The notes under the pieces were generated by a model. The model saw nothing but the letters and a program-made list of their open reading frames with translations, did no database searches and was not told the origin of the DNA. A program made the position numbers and the translations under genes. This document shows positions 9,328 through 17,236 of a stretch of 64,000 nucleotides of DNA, in pieces. The DNA comes from Candidatus Hydrothermarchaeales archaeon. GTDB taxonomy: Archaea > Hydrothermarchaeota > Hydrothermarchaeia > Hydrothermarchaeales > JAZGAD01. The DNA is taken from the NCBI GenBank assembly GCA_036444275.1, contig JAZGAD010000048.1:18542-82541 (forward strand). The letters are read 5' to 3'. Each line of letters begins with the position of its first letter. Position 1 is the first letter of the stretch.

Positions 9328-10800
9328 ATGTTTCCTATACTGTCTGCGATGATTTTGTTGCCCTTGGTGGGCGCATGTGTAGGCTACCTTATAGGTAGAA
9401 AGAATGTGAGGACTGCGAAGTTTTTTGATGTAGCAATAATGCTTTTGACCTTTCTAATATCAGTCATAGCATATACACTGATTGACTTTTCAAAGCCTGG
9501 GTATCACCTCTTGGAGAGCATGCCCTGGGCGAGCTCCCTGGGCGTATCCTACACCCTAGGCGTAGACGGCATTAGCTATCCCTTGGTGCTACTCACTACC
9601 TTTATCTCTATACTCGCGATGGCCTCGTCGTGGCATATAACCGATAGGACGAACACGCATTATGCACTGTTGCTCCTGTTGGAGGCAGCCCTCTTAGGCG
9701 TCTTTGTATCGCTGGATCTCTTCCTATTCTTCATCTTTTGGGAGGTCGTCTTGGTGCCGATGTATTTCTTAATAGGGATCTGGGGCGGACCAAGGAGGGA
9801 GTACGCAGCTATAAAATTCTTTATATATACGCACCTCGGAGGGCTTTTTGTCTTGCTTTCAATCATAGCCTTATATTTCAATACAATCCCACACACTTTC
9901 AGCATGATCGAGATAGCGAAGGTTGCGCCTGGATTCTCGCAAAGTTTCCAGACCATTGTGTTCGCTGCCTTGTTCTTCGGTTTTGCGATAAAGCTCCCGA
10001 TTTTTCCCTTCCATACATGGCTGCCGGACGCCCACGTAGAGGCACCTACTGCAGGAAGCATACACCTCGCGGCACTTCTCCTAAAGATGGGTGGCTACGG
10101 CTTAATACGCATTGGAGTTATGATGGTACCAGACGGTGCTAGAGCTCTCGCTCCAGTCATGATTTTGTTGGCTGTGATAAGCGCCTTCTACGCAGCATTC
10201 TGCGCTATGGCGCAAAAAGACCTCAAGAAGATGATCGCCTATTCCAGTGTAAGCCACATGGGCTACGCCCTCCTGGGTATAGCTACATTCAACATCATAG
10301 GTATAACGGGCTCGATCTATGAGATGGTGGCACATGGATTAATAACAGGGATGCTTTTCTTCCTGTCAGGCATCATCCACGACCACGTCGGCTCGAGGAA
10401 CATAGAGGATATAATAGGTTTCGGGAAAAAGACGCCGAAGATTACGTTTGCAATCGTCATAGGGTTCTTCGGTGCTTTCGGTCTGCCCGGCCTAGCCGGA
10501 TTTGTAGCCGAGTTCATGATATTTGTCGGCGCCTTTGAGGCATTCAGGTTTATAGCAATAATAGTGGTCTTCTCGATTCTCTTCACAGCGGGATACTTCC
10601 TCTGGACGCTGCAGAGACTCGCCTTTAGGACGCCGCTTCCAACACTTAAGGAGCACATCGAAGACCTGGAGTTCTGGACCGAGCTGGTACCTATCGCTAT
10701 GACAATATTCCTTATAATCCTGCTTGGAATCTACCCCGCACCACTGCTGAACATGATGGACACCTCGGTTAAAGCCCTGGTCGCTGTTCTTGGGGGATAG
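9328..10800 (+). CDS. fpoM: Fpo/complex I subunit M
   Basis: FFIFWE, IWGG..REYAAIKF, KLPIFPFHTWLPDAHVEAPT, LLKMG and GFVAEF motifs. Confidence 0.95.
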   Translation: MFPILSAMILLPLVGACVGYLIGRKNVRTAKFFDVAIMLLTFLISVIAYTLIDFSKPGYHLLESMPWASSLGVSYTLGVDGISYPLVLLTTFISILAMASSWHITDRTNTHYALLLLLEAALLGVFVSLDLFLFFIFWEVVLVPMYFLIGIWGGPRREYAAIKFFIYTHLGGLFVLLSIIALYFNTIPHTFSMIEIAKVAPGFSQSFQTIVFAALFFGFAIKLPIFPFHTWLPDAHVEAPTAGSIHLAALLLKMGGYGLIRIGVMMVPDGARALAPVMILLAVISAFYAAFCAMAQKDLKKMIAYSSVSHMGYALLGIATFNIIGITGSIYEMVAHGLITGMLFFLSGIIHDHVGSRNIEDIIGFGKKTPKITFAIVIGFFGAFGLPGLAGFVAEFMIFVGAFEAFRFIAIIVVFSILFTAGYFLWTLQRLAFRTPLPTLKEHIEDLEFWTELVPIAMTIFLIILLGIYPAPLLNMMDTSVKALVAVLGG

Positions 10801-10802
10801 GC

Positions 10803-12230
10803 ATGAATTACCTTCTAGTAGCTCCAGAACTTATCCTCGCTTCTTTTGGCATAGTAGTACTACTCCTAGATCTATTCATAAAGGAAAAGAAACTGCTGAC
10901 CTACTGGACCCTGGCTGGATTACTGACAACTCTTTTAGCGGTGTTCTACCTGCTCGGTTCCAGTGGCTTGATCTGGAACGGTATATTGATTATAGACTCG
11001 TTTTCCCTGTTCTTCAAGATCGTCTTCCTTGTTGTCGCCATCCTCGTGACCCTCGCGTCTGCAACATACATCCAAGACGGCGATCTAGGAGAATATTTCA
11101 CGCTTATCATCTTTTCTACTCTGGGGATGATGTTTGTCGCCTCCTCAGGGGAGCTGATCACCCTCTTCGTATCCCTCGAGCTCGCCACCGTGCCGACCTA
11201 TGCCTTGGTGGGCTTCTTCAAGAAGGATCCTCACTCAAGCGAGGCTGCCATAAAATACTTCATCATCGGCGCACTCTCATCTGCGATAATCGTCTTCGGC
11301 ATGAGCCTAATCTATGGTGTAACCGGCTCAACGTACCTCTACGAGATCTCTGCTGCACTAAGAGAACCGGCGGTACAAGGCATGTACAACCCGGTCTTGC
11401 TTCTTGGGACTATCCTGCTGGTCGCTGGTTTTGCTTTTGAGATTGCTGCCGTGCCCTTCCACATGTGGGTCCCGGATACATACCAAGGAGCTCCGACCAC
11501 AATCACGATTTTCATGGCAGCCCAGGCAGAGGCAATGGGGTTTGCAGCGATTTTCAGGCTCTTTGGAGTCGCACTTGGGCCATTACAGCTCAACTGGCAG
11601 TCCCTCTTCATGGTTCTTGCCGTGATGACGCTGCTCCTCGGCAACCTTGTGCCACTAGTGCAGACGAGTGTGAAGCGTTTGCTGGCCTATTCCTGCATCG
11701 GGCATGCTGGCTACATTCTGATTGGCTTAGCGGTTGCCACACCCCTCGGATTCACTGGCGGGATGTTCCATGTTTTAACATATGCATTTATGAAGGGCGG
11801 GGCTTTCCTCGTTGTAACCATGGTCTCCTACACCCTCCTCGTGGACGACATCGATGATTACGCTGGACTGAGAGATAAGGCACCGCTTACAGCGTTTTGC
11901 ATGCTCATATTCCTTCTTTCGCTCGCTGGAGTCCCACCGCTAGCTGGTTTCTGGAGCAAATTCATTATATTCTCAGCCGCAATAGAGGGGGGCGTAGCAT
12001 GGCTTGCCGTATTGGGAGTTATAACAAGTGCTATATCCCTATACTACTATGCGAGGATCATAAAAGCTATGTACCTCACCCCTACCGAGAAAATGGAGAG
12101 GATTAAGGAGCCGAAGCCCCTGCTTCTTGCCATGCTGATCGCACTAGCAGGCACTATTTTAATCGGGCTGTATCCCGAGCCTATATTGAAGTTCGTGTCA
12201 AGTGCAGTACAGAGCCTGCTCTTCTATTAA
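10803..12230 (+). CDS. fpoN: Fpo/complex I subunit N
   Basis: LFVSLEL, SSEAAIKYF, AAVPFHMWVPDTYQGAPT, KRLLAYS and GVPPLAGFWSK motifs; last gene of the operon. Confidence 0.93.
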   Translation: MNYLLVAPELILASFGIVVLLLDLFIKEKKLLTYWTLAGLLTTLLAVFYLLGSSGLIWNGILIIDSFSLFFKIVFLVVAILVTLASATYIQDGDLGEYFTLIIFSTLGMMFVASSGELITLFVSLELATVPTYALVGFFKKDPHSSEAAIKYFIIGALSSAIIVFGMSLIYGVTGSTYLYEISAALREPAVQGMYNPVLLLGTILLVAGFAFEIAAVPFHMWVPDTYQGAPTTITIFMAAQAEAMGFAAIFRLFGVALGPLQLNWQSLFMVLAVMTLLLGNLVPLVQTSVKRLLAYSCIGHAGYILIGLAVATPLGFTGGMFHVLTYAFMKGGAFLVVTMVSYTLLVDDIDDYAGLRDKAPLTAFCMLIFLLSLAGVPPLAGFWSKFIIFSAAIEGGVAWLAVLGVITSAISLYYYARIIKAMYLTPTEKMERIKEPKPLLLAMLIALAGTILIGLYPEPILKFVSSAVQSLLFY

Positions 12231-12342
12231 TTTGCCTACTCCACTCACTAACTTTGTATATCACCACACCACCATAGGAATCCAAGAATACGTTTGAGAC
12301 CCCATACCTATCGAAGTAATTATGCGCATAATCCGGGGTTGT
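12116..12342 (+). repeat. Copy 1 of a degenerate direct duplication (fpoN 3' end plus 3' end of the GT gene) flanking acr3
   Basis: gcccctgcttcttgccatgctgatcgcacta... and ctttgtatatcaccacaccaccataggaatccaagaatacgtttgagacc... both recur at 13602..13778. Confidence 0.9.
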
Positions 12343-12481
12343 AATAATAGAAATTCGCGGACAGTTGTTATACTAACAGTTAAATCTCCGTGACATGTAA
12401 GTTGATTGACATGTCAGGCAATGATGGTAACGGCTAAATACAAAGCCTTTCCTCAGTGTATTTAAAGAATGGGTGGAACAT

Positions 12482-13576
12482 ATGAGTGGTAAATATTCGC
12501 TGGGGGTTTTCGAGAGATACCTTACTGTTTGGGTGCTCTTGATGATGGCCCTGGGAACCATCATAGGCTTAGTGTTCCCGAGTGCCATTGCCATTCTTTC
12601 ATCGTTTCAGATTGCCCAGGTCTCCATACCGATAGCGGTTGTCCTTTTCTTTATGATCTACCCCATGATGGTCCAGATAGATTTTTCAAAGGTGAAGGAT
12701 GCTGGTAAGAGGCCCAAACCCCTTTCCCTGACCTTATTCATCAACTGGGCCGTAAAGCCCTTCTCGATGGCAGCCATCGCCTGGCTTTTCTTTAAAGTAA
12801 TATACTCTGGAGTCATATCGGCAGAGACAGCCACGGAGTATTTCGCAGGCGCGGTTCTCCTTGGCGCGGCTCCATGCACTGCCATGGTCTTCGTTTGGAC
12901 ACACCTGGCAAAAGGGAACCTCAACTACACCTTGATACAAGTTTCGGCGAACGACCTCGTCCTCCTGGTACTCTACGCGCCTATCGTCGGTTTCCTGCTG
13001 AAGCTCGGCTCGGTCATCGTGCCCTATAAAACAGTGTTTTACTCCGTGCTCATCTACGTGGGCATACCTCTCGTCGCGGGCTATCTATCTCGGACGTGGG
13101 TCCTTAAGAACAAGGGGGTGCACTGGCTTGAGAACGTGTTCCTCAAAGCCCTTCACAACGTGACGATCGCTGGACTCCTGGTAACCCTCGTGCTTATCTT
13201 TATGTTCCAGGGAAAGACAATTGTCGAGCACCCCCAAGATATCTTTCTTATCGCGATTCCTTTGGCTTTGCAGACTTTTCTCATATTTTCTCTTGGCTAT
13301 ACGATGGCGAGGCGTCTGTGCATCAGATACCAAGATGCGGCGCCGGCCGCCCTAGTGGGAGCAAGCAATTTCTTCGAACTCGCAGTAGCCACGGCGCTTG
13401 TGCTCTTCGGCTTAGACTCGGGTGCCACTCTCGTGACGGTTGTAGGTGTTCTCGTCGAGGTGCCCATCATGCTGGCACTCGTGAGCATATGCCTCAGGAC
13501 TCAATACTTATTCCAGGACGAGTGTTTCTATTCCGAAGAAAAATCAAGGAGCTGGTGGGGATGTTTGAGAGGATAG
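12482..13576 (+). CDS. acr3: Acr3 family arsenite efflux transporter
   Basis: FERYLTVWV, MIYPMM, NWAVKPFSM, APCTAMVFVW, GASNFFELAVA and GVLVEVP motifs. Confidence 0.95.
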   Translation: MSGKYSLGVFERYLTVWVLLMMALGTIIGLVFPSAIAILSSFQIAQVSIPIAVVLFFMIYPMMVQIDFSKVKDAGKRPKPLSLTLFINWAVKPFSMAAIAWLFFKVIYSGVISAETATEYFAGAVLLGAAPCTAMVFVWTHLAKGNLNYTLIQVSANDLVLLVLYAPIVGFLLKLGSVIVPYKTVFYSVLIYVGIPLVAGYLSRTWVLKNKGVHWLENVFLKALHNVTIAGLLVTLVLIFMFQGKTIVEHPQDIFLIAIPLALQTFLIFSLGYTMARRLCIRYQDAAPAALVGASNFFELAVATALVLFGLDSGATLVTVVGVLVEVPIMLALVSICLRTQYLFQDECFYSEEKSRSWWGCLRG

Positions 13577-13600
13577 TTGTCGCCCATTGACCTTTGGTGA
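13561..13600 (+). pseudogene. Possible 5' remnant of a universal stress protein gene
   Basis: ATG TTT GAG AGG ATA GTT GTC GCC (C) ATT GAC reads MFERIVVA/ID, like the UspA N-terminus; cut off at the start of the duplicated flank. Confidence 0.4.
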
Positions 13601-13601
13601 G

Positions 13602-13778
13602 GCCCTTGCTTCTTGTCCTGCTGATCGCACTAAAAGGCACGATTTTCTATTAACAAACATCTGCCTACCCCACTAATCACTAACTGACTTTGTATATCAC
13701 CACACCACCATAGGAATCCAAGAATACGTTTGAGACCTCATACTTATCGAAGTAATTATGCGCATAATCAGGGGTTGT
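13602..13778 (+). repeat. Copy 2 of the acr3-flanking direct duplication
   Basis: Contains a deleted copy of the fpoN 3' end followed by the intact 3' end of the GT gene. Confidence 0.9.
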
Positions 13779-15698
13779 GAATTCATAGGAGTCTATCAGG
13801 ATATGCGTTATATCCTCATCTTCGATTATTCTGTCAGCGTCTGATGGTTTGCTTGGTATTGGGTATGTCGGTCTCTGTGCAAAGAAATTTATCTGCCTGA
13901 ATGACTGGGTCATAATCCTCGAATTCTCAGGGGTGTTTTCTCTCAGCCAATGGCCAGCGTCTTCCAGCAGTATGTACTTTGGGCATGCATAATACTCTAT
14001 AGAGTTGGTCGCAATTACAATCTGGCTCAATACACCGATTAATAAAACTAAAGCTACGAGTCTATTCTCCGTAAGGCTATCGAGGAATCTCATTCCCAGA
14101 TAGATTACTGGGAAAAACGCAGCTAATATGTATCTTTCAACCTTAATCGGCCACATAACAACTGGCAGAATCGTTAATACTAACAGAAGGACGTATAGGT
14201 TATTATCAGTCCCAACTTTTCCCTTTTTAAATTTAAACTCTCTCAGGATCTCTAAAATGGCTAGAACGAGGAATAAATGTAAAGGCCAGGTGTTAAAGGA
14301 GGGGCGAGCGATAGCGAGAAACTCTCCTATATTTACGCTGATATGCGATAGGTAGCGAGTCGAGTGTTCCACAAGAGGCGTTCCATGATTCAAAAGGGAC
14401 CACACACTCCAAGGAAGCATAATTAATATGCCGGTTATTAGCGACAAAGCAAGGGGTTTTTCTCTTTTGACTAAACCATGGAAAATAATGGGCAGTATAT
14501 ACAGTAGTGCAATATACTTTGTCATAAAGGCGAGCGCCATAAAAACCCCTAAAACAAGATACGCATGTCGAGATGCTTGCCTATTATGATGGTGAATGTC
14601 TTCATAGATTAGGTAGCAGATCATTACAAACATTAAGACGGGTATATCTCTCAGGACATATACAGAGGATTTGTAGATCAAAGGGATAGAGAAGAACAAC
14701 AGGGACCCGATAAAGGCATATTGGGGGCTGATTTTTTTGTTAAGTATGAAATAGACGGTTAACACTAAAACAGTAGCTATTAGTACTGTAAGGAGGTATA
14801 TTCCCTTCTCACCGACCACGCCCAACATGACCGCCAGAAGTATGGGGAATACTGGTGCAACATCCCCCGGGGCGCTGTTGAAACTGTATTCCCTGTTATT
14901 GACTAAAGAGGATCCAAGAGAGGCGTATAGCCCACCATCGTAACTGAGTCCGCATTTGAAGGAAAATGGAACCAATAGAGAAAAAGTCAGGAGCGCTAAA
15001 AGCAGCGGATATAGTATCTTCAAGGGCAATATCGAATCTAACACTGCAGATATGGATTTTTTTCTTATGATAAGCACAAGAAAAATGGAGATTACCGTGA
15101 AAAAGAATATTAAGCCACGTAATATCTTAAACATGACCTCATGCTGCTTGGATTGATACTCTATAAATCCCTCGGAATCCATTGAGGATCTATAGAATTG
15201 GGATGCCTTCCCGTAGTACCTGTATGCATTTAGATAATCCTTCTTCTGGTAGGATTTCTCCCCGAGTTCAGCGTATATAAAGGCTATTCTGCCCCTATAA
15301 TGCCTAGCCGCCTTTGTGTACCCCATACGTCTATAGATGGGGAGCGCCTCAAGGTAGTACTCTACTGCACTTAAGTCATCTCCGCTTTTCCGTTTCTCCT
15401 GAGCTAGTTCCACATATATATGGGCTACTATATCTCGGTAATGTAAAGCCTGGCCTAGAGCATTCGTTTCCTCGTATGCAGCTGCTGCCTTGTTGAAGTC
15501 CTCTATCGCACCCAGCTTATCCCCAGTTTCATATTTCATCTGAGCTGAGCTAACATAGTCTTCTGCCTCATTTGGAAACGCCCAAGAAACTTCTAGCGTC
15601 AGAAAACAAAACAATGTGAAAAGCAGCAAGACCAAGGTTTTATGGGCTAGCCTATTTTCTTCCATCACAATCCCCTTCGACCTCAGTATTGCTGGCAT
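13680..15698 (-). CDS. TPR-domain / GT-C (PMT/ArnT-like) membrane glycosyltransferase
   Basis: Signal peptide, TPR-like helical repeats (A..Y..A..Y), then multi-TM domain with SYDGGLY, APVFP, RDIP, AFMTKY, ERYIL and WLRENTP motifs. Confidence 0.8.
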   Translation of the reverse strand: MPAILRSKGIVMEENRLAHKTLVLLLFTLFCFLTLEVSWAFPNEAEDYVSSAQMKYETGDKLGAIEDFNKAAAAYEETNALGQALHYRDIVAHIYVELAQEKRKSGDDLSAVEYYLEALPIYRRMGYTKAARHYRGRIAFIYAELGEKSYQKKDYLNAYRYYGKASQFYRSSMDSEGFIEYQSKQHEVMFKILRGLIFFFTVISIFLVLIIRKKSISAVLDSILPLKILYPLLLALLTFSLLVPFSFKCGLSYDGGLYASLGSSLVNNREYSFNSAPGDVAPVFPILLAVMLGVVGEKGIYLLTVLIATVLVLTVYFILNKKISPQYAFIGSLLFFSIPLIYKSSVYVLRDIPVLMFVMICYLIYEDIHHHNRQASRHAYLVLGVFMALAFMTKYIALLYILPIIFHGLVKREKPLALSLITGILIMLPWSVWSLLNHGTPLVEHSTRYLSHISVNIGEFLAIARPSFNTWPLHLFLVLAILEILREFKFKKGKVGTDNNLYVLLLVLTILPVVMWPIKVERYILAAFFPVIYLGMRFLDSLTENRLVALVLLIGVLSQIVIATNSIEYYACPKYILLEDAGHWLRENTPENSRIMTQSFRQINFFAQRPTYPIPSKPSDADRIIEDEDITHILIDSYEFTTPDYAHNYFDKYEVSNVFLDSYGGVVIYKVS

Positions 15699-15909
15699 CG
15701 TATATAAACGCTAGAACCAATAGCAGTACAGTAAAAAGATCAAGTAAAGTCATGGGTTGAATTACGACTCACAACCAGGACAGAGCATAGGATTTAATGC
15801 TGTAAGATCAAGTAAATCAAATCACAAATCTTAACTATTAATAATGGTATAATTAAGTTTTTATAGTGCCATCAAATATCGCTACTAAAAGAGCATTTGG
15901 GGGCATACC

Positions 15910-16038
15910 GTGGACCAAAGGACAATTTATACCCTGGACAAGAGGATAGTTTTTGTTATAGGGATACTGACGGCGATATTCTTAGCGGGTAGAGCTATAC
16001 GAATAAAAATGTACACCGACCTAAAGAAGAAGCTGTGA
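15910..16038 (+). CDS. Possible small single-TM protein (42 aa)
   Basis: GTG...TGA frame VDQRTIYTLDKRIVFVIGILTAIFLAGRAIRIKMYTDLKKKL; one TM, basic C-terminus. Confidence 0.35.
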   Translation: MDQRTIYTLDKRIVFVIGILTAIFLAGRAIRIKMYTDLKKKL

Positions 16039-16518
16039 TTAATGCATGTGTTTGTGGCTTTCGTGCTCTCTAAATCCATAGACCATCAGTAGTAGAGAGA
16101 TGACAATCATTATGAGGAACCTGCTGAATCCTACTATCGTGGGCTCGTGATAGTGGGCAACGGCAGGCATTAGGGAGATAACGATTGCCCCTGCTGCAAA
16201 TATCCCGATTGTAAGGATATATCTTGATGTTTCATATTTCGTCTCTTTGCCATGCTTCATTTTTTTAATGTTCTTTATGTACTGCACTAGGTATGCTATA
16301 GCTAGGAAAGCAAACAACCAAAAGAACCAGTATACGAAAGGCGCCCCATGTTCTTCCTCATGCACTTCTCCTTCTCCATGTCCTACCTCTCCAACTTCCT
16401 GCACCTCTACCCCACGGGTGGGCTCGGTTTTAGCCGCTTCACTGGCACTCGCTGTTGCAAACAATCCTACAAATAAGATCACATATATACCAGCGAGTAT
16501 CAACATCTGTCTTTTCAT
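16039..16518 (-). CDS. Membrane protein with signal/TM, His/Glu-rich linker and 3 TM
   Basis: Start MKRQMLIL after AGGTGA RBS (not 16704); GEVGHGEGEVHEEEHG; C-terminal HESHKHMH. Confidence 0.75.
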   Translation of the reverse strand: MKRQMLILAGIYVILFVGLFATASASEAAKTEPTRGVEVQEVGEVGHGEGEVHEEEHGAPFVYWFFWLFAFLAIAYLVQYIKNIKKMKHGKETKYETSRYILTIGIFAAGAIVISLMPAVAHYHEPTIVGFSRFLIMIVISLLLMVYGFREHESHKHMH

Positions 16519-16526
16519 AGCATCAC

Positions 16527-16817
16527 CTAGAATATGCACTCCTTGTGCTCTTTCTTTGTCAGAGTGTATGTCGCTGTGAAGAACAGGACAGCAACGACGA
16601 CTTCTATTATGTGTCTGAATGCATCCATCGGTTCTGGGAAAAACCCTACTAACCCTATGAAGTCTGAGAGTAGCATTAACGTAGCGCTGGCTAAAGCCAT
16701 ACACGTTAGGAACCAGAAACCACTGTGCTCTGTTCTCCGATAGACTCTAACCGCTAGGTATGTTGTAAAGGCAAAATATAGCGCCCCAGCCAGCCCGAAG
16801 ATTACGTGCAGCTCCAT
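16527..16817 (-). CDS. Small 3-TM protein with conserved His
   Basis: MELH start, three hydrophobic helices, FRHIIE; resembles the adjacent 101-aa gene. Confidence 0.75.
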   Translation of the reverse strand: MELHVIFGLAGALYFAFTTYLAVRVYRRTEHSGFWFLTCMALASATLMLLSDFIGLVGFFPEPMDAFRHIIEVVVAVLFFTATYTLTKKEHKECIF

Positions 16818-17123
16818 CTATGACTCCTCCTTTGGGCAGCATGTATCCAAGAACTTCACCGATAGGTAACAGCTTAGAGAAAAGGATATGCCCGCTAATG
16901 CGTAGAGGCCATGCTCCAATAATAGCCAAGAACTGTTCGCGTAAAGATCCCCCAAGATCTCGGTCATTCGCCCCATTAATATTGCTATAAGCCCGCCTGC
17001 ATAGAATAACCCGCGTTTTTCATATCTCTTGCTGCCTGCGATAGTCAGGAAGGCAAACGAAAACAATAGGAATATTGCCGCGATGCCAGCAGATGCCAAA
17101 TCCCATATCAGGTGCAACTCCAT
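16818..17123 (-). CDS. Small 3-TM protein with conserved His
   Basis: MELH start, GGTGG RBS, LLEHGL in helix 3. Confidence 0.75.
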   Translation of the reverse strand: MELHLIWDLASAGIAAIFLLFSFAFLTIAGSKRYEKRGLFYAGGLIAILMGRMTEILGDLYANSSWLLLEHGLYALAGISFSLSCYLSVKFLDTCCPKEES

Positions 17124-17236
17124 GTTATGTTACCACCTTTTGCCTTTCCTCATATCTAACTGTATTTAATATTTTCTCTATTCTTATTCTTATTCTTTCT
17201 TATCTTCCTTCCTCTTTCCCTTTCGTTATTCCTTTT

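Noticed and set aside
15736-15816. 13-bp direct repeat AAGATCAAGTAAA
   Set aside because: Only two copies in AT-rich DNA; could be an operator but cannot be supported.
16519-16704. N-terminal extension of the 221-aa ORF
   Set aside because: It overlaps the 96-aa gene; a better start with RBS lies at 16518.
17165-17236. Pyrimidine-rich tract as an ncRNA
   Set aside because: Low-complexity intergenic spacer with no evident structure.
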